A DNA stretch of 46,761 bases from a virus (lineage: Duplodnaviria > Caudoviricetes): the IMG/VR virus record IMGVR_UViG_3300025168_000148, positions 1 to 46,761 of that record. The stretch is one strand, 5' to 3'. Below are positions 9,605 to 20,400 of the stretch, piece by piece (within the stretch, counting starts at the first letter, position 1; each line of letters starts with the position of its first letter). The position numbers and the translations under genes are program-made. The notes under the pieces are model-generated. The model was not told the DNA's origin and searched no databases. It worked only from the letters and a program-made list of their open reading frames with translations.

Positions 9605-9624
9605 AACAGGGAGTATTAACTAAA
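9605..9624 (+). promoter_or_regulatory. repeated 20-bp upstream element, copy 2 (AACAGGGAGTATTAACTAAA)
   Basis: 19/20 identical to 5671..5690; ends 10 nt before ATG 9635. Confidence 0.7.
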
Positions 9625-9634
9625 ACATAAAAAA

Positions 9635-10393
9635 ATGAGACATGTAGTAATGATTCAAGCAAACGATGTAGCAAAGTTTAATTACTGTAAATTCGGTAAT
9701 TACAAAAGCACAAAAGGAAAAAACATAGTTCTAATTGATCCTAATGGGGATGTTGTTAGTGGCTATGAAATGCATCAACCAATAGTATCTTTAGATATTA
9801 ATGATGAAGATGATAGAAGAATATATGAGTTCTTAAAAGATCATCCATTAATTAAAGGTAAGTTTACTATTAATGATATGAGAGCAACAGAAGAAAAGAA
9901 CGCAGAATTATCTTTATTAAAAGCAGAAGCTATTACAACTGCTTCAGCAATTGAAGATAGAGATTTAAAAGACTTTGCTATGCTTATGGGTATTAGTACA
10001 GACTTAGATGATAAATTAATTAAAGCTAAGATTATTCAATTCTCTAATGATAATCCTACTAAATTTTTAGAAACAGCTGGTGATGCTGATAAAATGCATC
10101 GTGTATTTTTAAAGAAAGCATTAGCTAAAAAAGCTTTAACTAAGGTTAATGGAGTGTGGAAACATAATTCAATGAGTATTGGTCTAACAGATGACGCTGC
10201 TATTGTTTGGTTAAAGGACAATGGAGACATGTACGCTATCTTAAAGAATCAAGTTAGGGGTAACGCTCCAGTTCAAAAAGAAGAGCCTGTAGTAGCCGCT
10301 GTAGCAAATGATAACATTATGTCTGCTTCAACAATTAACTCTTTAGAAAATGATGCTAAAGAAAAAGGATGGTTTACTAAAAATAAAAAATAA
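9635..10393 (+). CDS. putative virion structural / assembly protein (252 aa)
   Basis: Sits between capsid and ring genes, where crAss-like phages carry a conserved structural gene; positional call. Confidence 0.55.
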   Translation: MRHVVMIQANDVAKFNYCKFGNYKSTKGKNIVLIDPNGDVVSGYEMHQPIVSLDINDEDDRRIYEFLKDHPLIKGKFTINDMRATEEKNAELSLLKAEAITTASAIEDRDLKDFAMLMGISTDLDDKLIKAKIIQFSNDNPTKFLETAGDADKMHRVFLKKALAKKALTKVNGVWKHNSMSIGLTDDAAIVWLKDNGDMYAILKNQVRGNAPVQKEEPVVAAVANDNIMSASTINSLENDAKEKGWFTKNKK

Positions 10394-10400
10394 GTAATAG

Positions 10401-11213
10401 ATGATTTTAAATGAGGCCTATGATTATATGGATTTGCTTTTAGATAAAGCAGATCAACCTTATTTTACAACAGAAGAAAAAAATAAATTTTTAAATTTAG
10501 CTATATCAGATTTTATTAATTTTCATTATCAAAAAATGACTGCTGATGAGGATTCAAGAAGAGCAATATCTGGCTGTATAGATTGGAACGGTTTTAACTT
10601 AACTGATGATGAAATAATTAATGGATCTTTTCTATATCCTGATCCTGCAGTAAATCCGACAGCTAATAGATATTATCCTGCTTTATCGCGAAAGTATATT
10701 GACACTTTTTCTTCAACAAGTGACACAAGAGGATATTTTAAATATGGAGCTCAATATGTATTACCAAAGCAACATCTATATGTATTATCTGTAGCTGTAA
10801 AATTTTATAATAAAGATGAAGTTCTAGATCCTGTTACAGGACTTGCATTACCAGGAGTAGTTGAAACTGATGTAGTTTCTTCTCCAAATATTTCTTTAAA
10901 AAATGTTTCTACAAGAGATTATTATGAGAGTGCTTATAGTAACGATCCTTTTAATAAACCTAATGAAGATAATCCACAATGGATGTATATAGAAAATAGA
11001 TTAGTTATTTCTAATTCTGCTGCAATAAGATACGTTAATACGCAAATAGTATTATTGCCAACAGTAGAACAGGCATTTTCAGAAGAAACATATGATAATT
11101 CAACTGCACCAGCTTCGTTAACTTTTTCAGAACATTATCAAAAACAAATAATACAATTAGCTGTAGAGAAAATGACACAAGTTGATATAGGTTTAATGAC
11201 ACCTCCATCATAA
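10401..11213 (+). CDS. ring / head-tail connector protein
   Basis: N-terminal LLDK...FTTEEKNKFLNLA and C-terminal EHYQKQIIQLAVE helices, as in P22 gp4-like crAss ring proteins. Confidence 0.7.
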   Translation: MILNEAYDYMDLLLDKADQPYFTTEEKNKFLNLAISDFINFHYQKMTADEDSRRAISGCIDWNGFNLTDDEIINGSFLYPDPAVNPTANRYYPALSRKYIDTFSSTSDTRGYFKYGAQYVLPKQHLYVLSVAVKFYNKDEVLDPVTGLALPGVVETDVVSSPNISLKNVSTRDYYESAYSNDPFNKPNEDNPQWMYIENRLVISNSAAIRYVNTQIVLLPTVEQAFSEETYDNSTAPASLTFSEHYQKQIIQLAVEKMTQVDIGLMTPPS

Positions 11214-11250
11214 TAATGACATTTGAAGAGAGTTCTTTTGCTCCCTGCGT

Positions 11251-11296
11251 CAAGAATAGGCTGATACTAGAAATAGTTGATGCCTATTTTTGTTTT
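11251..11296 (+). terminator. Rho-independent terminator
   Basis: AATAGGC...CTA-GAAA-TAG...GCCTATT stem followed by TTTGTTTT. Confidence 0.7.
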
Positions 11297-11312
11297 ATAG
11301 AAAAAATTTAAC

Positions 11313-11320
11313 TAATTTTG
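11313..11320 (+). promoter_or_regulatory. Bacteroidota-type -7 promoter element (TAATTTTG)
   Basis: TAnnTTTG match between the terminator and the ATG at 11342. Confidence 0.5.
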
Positions 11321-11341
11321 TAAATACCTAAACTACGCCTA

Positions 11342-12430
11342 ATGATTACATTAAACGAAATAGCTTATAATATTAAAAACATTACGTATGGAGGTAGTAA
11401 TACTACAGAAAATACTATACCTTTAAGGCAAATAAAACATTGGATACACTATCATAGAGCAAAGCTTATTGCTGATAATATTGATAAAGGTATTACAAAT
11501 GACCAGTCTTTATTTCAACCTATGGCTATAACAGCTAGAAATTCAACCATTGGTGCTATTAGAGATTTTTATGCCGATTGGGATGCTTATGATATAAATT
11601 CTAGTTTACCAGAACCTGTAATATCTGGAGAAATGTTATTAAATATGCCTAAAACTGGTAGTGGAAAAAAATTAAATGGAGAGTGGTTATCTGTATCAAG
11701 TTTGACTGGAGACAACGATGGAAATCAACAAGGATGGTATGATGGTCAGTCTAGAAGCTTTTATGGAGATGAAATAGTTTCTTCTCAAGTGAGGGGTGAT
11801 TTTAGAAACTTTGGATCACATAGTTTTTGGACACCAAGACCACTTCAATTAAAAAATGATCAAGGAATTAAAGATGTAAGTCTTGAAAGATATGTATATT
11901 TTGCTGATGATCCTGGAACAGATAATAACGAACAGTCAGGATCTTATGCAAGAAAAAATATAAAGCTATACCGAAAAGAATATAATAATTTTGATGACTA
12001 TAATAAATTTACAGATAAAAGACAACCTTATTATATACAAACAACGTCAAGAATAGATAGAGATGATGGTTATGGACATCATAATTATATATCTTTTAGA
12101 AATTTGCAAGTATCTCCTAATTATCATGGAGGACTAAGCACTCCTGGAGATAAAAAAATATTTTGGAAATATAGAGCAACTTCACGGATGATATTAGAAA
12201 ATCCTACAGAAATTGATATGATGTATGGATGGTGGTGGGAAACTGAAACTAAATGGGATGATTCTAGTACTCCTTATCCTATACCTTTGGAGTATGTTAG
12301 TGATTTAATACAAAGAGTCTTACAGCTAGAAGTACAAGCAGAATTAAAAACAATACCAGATATAATAACTGATGGTGTAGATGATTTAATAAAAAAGAAA
12401 ATGGGAGGTGGGTCACACGTACAAAAATAA
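11342..12430 (+). CDS. ring / tail tubular protein
   Basis: N-terminal TLNEIAYNI...RQIKHWIHYHRAKLI and C-terminal LENP...PYPIP...LIQRVL pattern of crAss ring proteins. Confidence 0.7.
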   Translation: MITLNEIAYNIKNITYGGSNTTENTIPLRQIKHWIHYHRAKLIADNIDKGITNDQSLFQPMAITARNSTIGAIRDFYADWDAYDINSSLPEPVISGEMLLNMPKTGSGKKLNGEWLSVSSLTGDNDGNQQGWYDGQSRSFYGDEIVSSQVRGDFRNFGSHSFWTPRPLQLKNDQGIKDVSLERYVYFADDPGTDNNEQSGSYARKNIKLYRKEYNNFDDYNKFTDKRQPYYIQTTSRIDRDDGYGHHNYISFRNLQVSPNYHGGLSTPGDKKIFWKYRATSRMILENPTEIDMMYGWWWETETKWDDSSTPYPIPLEYVSDLIQRVLQLEVQAELKTIPDIITDGVDDLIKKKMGGGSHVQK

Positions 12431-12842
12431 ATATATAGCAATAAGAGATGTTTACAAAAGTATAAGAAAAACTTTTGATAAATATTTTCTTTTTTGTAAA
12501 ATAAGAAAACGTAAAGTATATAAAACTGTTGATTACGGAATATATTATAGTATAATAAGAAGATTTTTTGAAATTCTTATAAGAGATGTTGTTGAAAGAA
12601 ATCGTCAGGTGTATTTACCAGCTCGCATGGGGCATATTTACTTAGATGAAAAACCTCATAAAAGAGCATTTCACATAAGAGTTGATAATGATGCTACAAA
12701 AGAACAAGGGAAAACAGTTTTTTGTAAAGTTCCTATTTTAGATGATTATTATAAAAAATTAATTTGGATAAGACCTCCAAAATATAGAAATTGTAAAATA
12801 ATGCCTTTAAGGTATTTAAAAGAAATAATAAATAAAAATTAA
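12408..12842 (+). CDS. IHF/HU-like DNA-binding protein
   Basis: Very basic; helix followed by VYLPARMGHIYL, resembling the IHF core. IHF-like genes occur at this locus in crAss-like phages. Confidence 0.65.
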   Translation: MGHTYKNKYIAIRDVYKSIRKTFDKYFLFCKIRKRKVYKTVDYGIYYSIIRRFFEILIRDVVERNRQVYLPARMGHIYLDEKPHKRAFHIRVDNDATKEQGKTVFCKVPILDDYYKKLIWIRPPKYRNCKIMPLRYLKEIINKN

Positions 12843-12848
12843 GAAATT

Positions 12849-13313
12849 ATGGCGGATACTGACTTAAATGCAGGCATATTAACAGTAACAATAACAGAAG
12901 CTTTGTCTGTTGGACATGATACAGGTACTTCAGATGCAAGAGATTTTGCTCAAGTATCTACACATGCCTATACAGGTATTCTAAACTCATCTAAAAGAAT
13001 TGTAAAATTAGCAAACACAAACTTAACTGAAGTAGCTACTTTTGCAGCTACAACTGCGGATGGCGCTTTTGTAAGGGCTGACGTAAGATATATTAGAGTG
13101 ACTAATTTAGATGGCACAACTGCATTACAAGTTGGTTTAGATGACGAAGATTCTGATGCCGCTTACACATCTGTTGCCGCAAATAGTAGCATTATGTATA
13201 CAGGAACAACTGTAGAAGGTGGTAATGGTGGTTCAACATTAGATAATGCAACAGCGCTAAAAGTAAAAGGTGTTGCTGATCATCAATTAGAAGTGTTTAT
13301 TGCTTCTGTATAA
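12849..13313 (+). CDS. putative virion structural protein (154 aa)
   Basis: Thr/Ala-rich beta protein (VRYIRVTNLD) within the tail module. Confidence 0.5.
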   Translation: MADTDLNAGILTVTITEALSVGHDTGTSDARDFAQVSTHAYTGILNSSKRIVKLANTNLTEVATFAATTADGAFVRADVRYIRVTNLDGTTALQVGLDDEDSDAAYTSVAANSSIMYTGTTVEGGNGGSTLDNATALKVKGVADHQLEVFIASV

Positions 13314-13324
13314 AATAATATATT

Positions 13325-14431
13325 ATGCATATACATATAGATAGAGTTTTTACAACTGTAGCTAGGAATTTAGGATTAAAAGATTTTTCTAGATATACAG
13401 ATAACTGGATAGAGTGGTCTTATGAAGCTGAGAAGCTTATAGGTAGTAAAGACACGTTTGTTCAAAAAGAAGCTACATATGATGCTTCTGGTGCTCAGGC
13501 AACAGGAACAATAACATTTGCAGCTAATCCAACATCTGGAGATTCTATTACATTAAATGGTGTAAAATTATATTTTAGAAACTTTACAGATCTTGGTCAA
13601 TCTAGATCTCCTAATGAAATTATGATAGGAGCTGCATTATCAGATACACTAGACAATACAACAGCTGTTTACGGTTTAATTCAAAGTTTAAAAGGAGGAA
13701 CAGCAGCTGGTGGCGCTTCAGGAAGATATATGAATTCAGCAATATATAATTACCCAGAAGCTTTAAATGTTGCAGATTACAGTATAAACACTACAACAGG
13801 AGTTTTAACCATAACAATAAAAGAAATAGGGCCAAAAGGAAATGAATATACATTAGCATCAGACAATGCAAATGCTAAAGTTAATGGATTAAATTTAACT
13901 GGAGGAAAGGGAATGTATAGAAATCAACAAATTACTTTACCCGAAAATAATATTAAATTACTAGCAGTTAGAGTAGGTACAGATGATTCAGATCATGAGC
14001 ACAAAGAGTTAAGAAAGACTGGAGCAGTTCATAGAGGAAGGGTTGGTAAAACTAGTGACGACTCTCAGCAAAGGGCATTTAGATATTACGTAGATGGTAA
14101 TAGATTAAATATACAGCATGATGACTTAGATGAAATTACTATTGTTTATTTAGCTTATCCTGTAGATTTAAGAGGTTGGCCTAAAATTAAAGAAGGTCAT
14201 GAAACGGCAGTTGCGCAATACATAATGTGGCAAATGAAGTTAATAGAATTTTATAATGGTAAATTACCTCAGTATATAACTAAAGAATTAGAAAAAAGAT
14301 GGTATTTCTTATGTGGTAAAACTAGAGGTGATGATGGTATGCCAACTTCAGAAGAATTAAAACAAATAGGTAATATGTGGAATACATTAGTTCCTATAAC
14401 AAATGACGGAAATAGTTTAACAAACCACTAG
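13325..14431 (+). CDS. tail tubular (ring) protein with an inserted beta domain
   Basis: N-terminal IEWSYEAEKLIG and C-terminal IVYLAYPVD...P...AVAQYI ring-protein pattern, with a roughly 140-aa insertion in between. Lies immediately upstream of the stabilisation protein. Confidence 0.72.
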   Translation: MHIHIDRVFTTVARNLGLKDFSRYTDNWIEWSYEAEKLIGSKDTFVQKEATYDASGAQATGTITFAANPTSGDSITLNGVKLYFRNFTDLGQSRSPNEIMIGAALSDTLDNTTAVYGLIQSLKGGTAAGGASGRYMNSAIYNYPEALNVADYSINTTTGVLTITIKEIGPKGNEYTLASDNANAKVNGLNLTGGKGMYRNQQITLPENNIKLLAVRVGTDDSDHEHKELRKTGAVHRGRVGKTSDDSQQRAFRYYVDGNRLNIQHDDLDEITIVYLAYPVDLRGWPKIKEGHETAVAQYIMWQMKLIEFYNGKLPQYITKELEKRWYFLCGKTRGDDGMPTSEELKQIGNMWNTLVPITNDGNSLTNH

Positions 14432-14432
14432 A

Positions 14433-17400
14433 ATGGCTAAAAAAAACCAAAGTCAAGGCAATAACAAAGCACAAAAAGGTACTTCAAAACCAGAAAGTTT
14501 TACTCATGGAATGATTAGTGATCTTGATCCTCATTTTCAATTAGAGGGAAGTTACACTGATGCTCAAAACATTAGATTAACTAATTCAACAGGAGATACA
14601 TTTACAGTAGAAAACATAGAAGGTAATAGTTTATTTGTTGATTTAGCAACATTTCATATAGACACAATAGATGATCAATATCAAACAAATGCTTCATATC
14701 CAACATTTTATGATAGAGGGCCAACTAATGATCTTAGTTTATTAACTAACTTAGAATTATCTAACAGATGCTCTATTGTAGGTCACGTTTCTTATGCTAG
14801 TCGGATGTTATTAATGATAGTTGGTAGATTTGAATGGAATAGAGGTTATGGTGTTCCTTTTGCTGAAGAAAAAAATAGAACTATATTTTTAATGGTTGAT
14901 TTTAATCATGAGTTTAGAGTTCAAAAAGTTACAGATTTAAGGGTTTGTTATGAGGCACTAGGACAGAGTAATGGTCAATATCCAGACTTAAACATGGATT
15001 TAGATACTCCTGTTAGAATAGAACACATTGTTGAAAATGAAAGTATTTCTAGAATATACTGGACAGATAATAAAAATCAATTAAGAACATTAAATATAAA
15101 TCAACCAAGATTAGATCTATTAGAAATAAGCTCTTTAGATATAAGCCCTTTAATGAATCCATCACAAGCTGTTCTTGGCACTACTTTGAATGGCTCGTTA
15201 CCTGTAGGTGTTTATCAGTATTGTTATAAATATATTTCAGAAAATGGTGGAGAGTCAACTTTCTCTCCTTTAAGTAATATGTATCATGTTTCAGATCAAG
15301 CATTTGGTACTTCTACATTATATGGTGGTGGTCCACAAGGAAACTTAGGAACACAAGGATTTCAAATTGAAGTAAATGATATAGATCAAACTTTTGAATA
15401 TATTGAATTATATGGATTACTTTATGAGGAGCAAAACAACGCACCAAGAGTTTGTGTTATTACAAGAAATAGAATTTCTGGTACAAAATCAATTTTTCAA
15501 CATGTAGTATGGAACAATGAAATAGAAAATGGCTTAGAAGAAATATTAATAGAATCAAATACATTTGATGTTTGTAAAGATATTGCAATTAAAGATAATA
15601 TTTTATTTGCTGCTAATCTAAGACAAAAAAGAAATTTTATTTCTGAGAAAGAGTGGAATGTAAAAATAATGAGATGGGTAATTAAAGAATCTGATAGTGG
15701 CCCAAGTAAAAGATTTTTAAGCGCAATGCTAACAACAAATGATCGTGAAGTTAAGCATTATAAAGGTACAGCATCAGCTCCCGTAGAAATTGGTAGTACT
15801 GGCACTGGATCTGATTATGGAAGCGAAATAGATATTAATACTGATTGGTGTGGATATGGTCAGTTATTAGGAAGTGAAAATTCAGCAGCTAATCCATCTG
15901 CTTATCCATCAACTGGACATTCATATCTTGATTATGACGGGAATTTAAATAATCCTATGTGGACAACATGTGTTGCCAATCAAAGACATGGGTCAGGAGG
16001 GTCTGATGGTAGAGTTAAACATAAATTTGAATATAGATATCTAGCTGATAGAATGACATTAGGAGGTGAGAGTTTTGAGTATTCAACAAATGGTTTGGGT
16101 GGTTGTCGTGTTACATTTGGTATAGAGGAAAAAGTTGCAGATCAATCACAAAATGCTTGGAACTCTCCCTTTATATCTTCAACTAGTAAAGGAGATAAAG
16201 ATCCTACTGAATTTTTTAGGAACTCAGGAAGCTATCCATATATAGCACCTGTTGGTAATACTACATTTAAATCATCTATGTCTCTAGGTGGATCAAAAGA
16301 TCCACATTTAGCAGGAAATAAAAGAGGATATCAAAGAGGTGATATTTATAGGTTTGGCGTTCAAATTTATGATTTGAATGGAGCTCCTGGAAATGTATTG
16401 TGGATTGGCGATATAGAAACTCCAAATCAACATGATGTTCTTAGGATGTTAAGAACTGACACTCCAGGATACAACCCAGCACGTAGAACTATTGGTGGTT
16501 CTGGTAATACTATGGTTAGTTATAAACACTTTACAACACATCAAAATGTTAAAGACCATAGATTATCTTATATTTATGGACATACTGTTCCTCCTGTAGA
16601 TGTAGAGTGGTTTACTGCAAGAATTGGTAATTCTACACAAAACCTAGAAGCATATATAAGGCCTGATGGAGAAAGAATAAACTCTAGTCTTTTACCAAAT
16701 TCTGGTTCTAGTAATTATGTTTTTGACATAAGAAATAAGGCGATGCCTGCATGGGATATTAATCCATTAGGTGATGCTTATGGTATGGATTATAGTGAGC
16801 ATAATGAAACACATTATTTATATGATTTATATGTAAATTTTGAGTTTGTAATACCAGAAGAAGTTGTAAAAAAAATATCTGGATATAGAGTTGTAAGAGC
16901 AGAAAGAACAGAAGAGGATAGAAGAATAATACAACAAGGATTGTTAAATCAAACCGCACAATATGGTACTGCAAAATATGGTCAAAAATATGGTTATGAT
17001 TCAACTAGGTTTTCTCAAAAAGATAATGAAGCTTTTAGTGATGATCCTATATTTGTTAATCAATATAATAGTCAGCTTAATTCTGATGGGACAGCAACAA
17101 ATGCTGCCGCAATTACTCCTACGCTTCCCGAACAACCAGAATATAATGTATATTTAAATGGTTATTTAGGTCTTGCTGAAAACTCTCATTTAGCATTTTA
17201 CGATAGTGTTAATGTTACTGATGGTAAAGCAACAACAGGAGGTAATACAGAAGGTAATGTTTTTTATTGGCCAGAAAGAGAAGACTCTAGGCAATATAAT
17301 CCTGCAGGTGGTGCTGAAAATGCCAGAAGACAAGGGGCTAATTCTACTTACTTTGGTGGGCCAGGAACGTATGGAACGCATCATAGGCATTCTGCTTATT

Positions 17401-20400
17401 TTGGTAGTTATGATAAATTAAGTAGAGTTGCAGATGTAGCAACAACCGCAGGAGATACAAGACAAGAAAATCAACAACACTCTCAAATAAGCGGTAGTAT
17501 TTTTACATTAGATGCTCCTGATAGTGCATTTGGGATTAGGCCTTATGTTTATAGAGAAGGAGATATGTTAAGAATAGATAGCTCATTAAAACTATCTGAT
17601 GAAGTTAGATTTAAAGGGCAACCAGGGAGTTCATTTGGCGGGGCTTCTGGTTATCCTAACCATTTTTGGTCTCACTGTAGAGGTATGAGTAAAAAGAATC
17701 ATGCTGATGGCGTTGATAATTATAATTGGGATTCAAATGGAGCTACTAATAATCAAAATTGGACTCCTGAAGAAACTGATCATACATTAAATGAAGCTCT
17801 ATCTTTTACATCAAGAAAAGAAATAGATGATGATTATGCCGTTCTTATAGGAAAATATTATTGCTATGATCCTTATTTTGGAATAGGTATGGAAATTGAT
17901 GGGGGTAAGTTTGCTGGAGCATCAAAAAGTGCAGGTAGTGCAGATATGGAGCCACAAAGGCAATATGGATGGCAGCTTCCTATAGCTTCATCTAAAGAAA
18001 TAACAGATGGCGAGATAATACCAAGTGGTTTTTTTAAAATATCTAAAAGAGTTAAATACAACAAAGTTAACGGATTTTCAAATAATACTTTAGGATATGT
18101 TAAAAAAGCACATATAGAATCCCAAACAGGATTTACAGATAATTTTATAGATACAGGAGTGAGTTATGTTTTTGGTGCTGTAAGTCAATATTTAGCTCAT
18201 ATTAAAAAAACTACTTCTCCATCAACAGCTACTGATCCAATTGCTGATTTTCAATGGCCAGAAGTAAAAAATCAAGACTATACTTATGATACAGTTTCTA
18301 CTATGCAAATGGGACTAAGAAGTATTATAGTTGAAGTAGACAATAGATACGGTCATGTTAGACAAAGAAACGCAGACGGAGCTAGTTATTTCGGTCTAAA
18401 TGCTGACGGAGCTTATGCAAAACTTGATTATCACGCTTGGTTTGCCCCATTAAATCTATCTGCTTTATATGAGCATTCTAATTGGAAATCAGAAGATTTA
18501 AATGGAAATACAGGAAGTCCTACACCTGGTGGATATAATCCAGAGACTCTCTTTGCATATAGATCAGGTTTTATATCACACAAAGGAAGTATAGGGTTGC
18601 AAGAAGATGGATCAGAAGAACATGATAATGGACCTCTACAAAAAACTAACAACAAAGGTAAAGATTTAGTTCCTTTTAAATACCTATGCTCTATTGTAAG
18701 AAATACTGTTGCTTATGGAGGTTATACTAAAGGCGCTATAGAAAAAACAAGATACATACCTTGTGGTAATTTTCATGCAGTAGATAAAGATGGTTTTACC
18801 GAGGGAAATAAACAATCACATCTTTCTAAAGTATTTGGGGGAGATACATTTGTTAATTTATATTCTCATCAAAAAACAGCAACTCCTTACATGAAGAAAT
18901 CTGCAGCTAGATGGCAAGTATTTCCCGTAGAGTCTTATGTTAATACAGACATGAGAAGTGGACTAACATTAAACTCATCAGATACTGTTATAGGTAAAGA
19001 AATGAATGAAGCTCCTTTTAGTAATGATTGGCTTTATAATAGTATTTATTCTCAAGAAAATAACATTAAGTCTAGCTTAATGGTAAACGAAGAAAAATTT
19101 GATGATAGTTTAAATCTACCTTATGAAATTGCTTATTCTAATACAAAAATATTAGGACAAACATCAGATGCATTTAGAGTATTTCCTATAAATCAATTTC
19201 ATGATATGGAAGGTTTATATGGAGAAATTAATAGAATAATAAATTTTAAAAATGAAATATATGTACTACAAGATAGTGCATTTGCAAAGTTATTAGTAAA
19301 CCCACTATCTATGCTAAGTGATGATTCTGGTACATCATTATTTACTGGAACAGGAGAAACCGTAGAAAGTCATATTTATATATCTACTAAATATGGATCA
19401 AGACATAGATTTAGTGTAGCATTAAGCGAAAAGTCTTTATATTTTGTTGATAGTAATTTTGGTAGATTATTTAAATATGATACAGAAAAACTAATATCTT
19501 TAGGTGATGCTTTAGGTCAAAGAAATTATTTAAAAACTATTATTAAAGAATGGGAACAAAGAGCTTATAAGATTTGTCAAGCAAATTCAGGTAGTGGTGG
19601 TTCTGCTGGAGGAACTCATGTTGTTTTGAATTCATCACCTTTACCAAATCCTACATTACACGGAACTAATTATGGTCTTTTAGATAGCGTTGTAAAACCA
19701 GATGGCAGCAGGAATTATCTTGCTGATAATCCGTTAAACTTTTTAGGTATAACTTCTATATATGATTATACACACAAAGAATTATTAGTTACATTTCATA
19801 ATTCTGCGTGGGGAAATAAAAACAATAAAAGGCAACAAACATCAAGAACAGCAGACAACCATGGTATGGGTAGCTCAACACATGGAGAACCAGTAGGTCA
19901 TTCAGAAACATTAGTATATAGTGAGGCAATTAATGCTTTTACATCTAAATATAGTGTTGCGCCCCCACAATGGCTAACTGGAGGGCAAGGATCTTTTATA
20001 GTTTGTCCAGAAAACGAAATTAATGTAAATACTATAGCTAATTTTAGTGCTAGTACTGGATTACATTATCCTGGTGGCGCTAATTATGGCTCTAAATTCC
20101 CTTATAGTTTAGTAGGATCTAATTCTAGTCTATATAGGGACAGAAGATGTAATCCATTAAAGTTATGGATATGGGATAAGCATATTGAAAAAAATAAAAC
20201 AAACTTTTTTGGAAAGAAAGATGATGTTGTTACATCTCAATCAGGATTAGTATCTCCTTTAGATAGCTCTTTAACTACAACTGGCTATAAAGTATTATTT
20301 CCAGGTAGAAAAGATGTTGCTGACGAAAGTTATATTGTGAAGGTAATTAATAGTGAAGCAGCAAGTAGTAAAGTATTTGATAATTCTCAAATAATAATGA

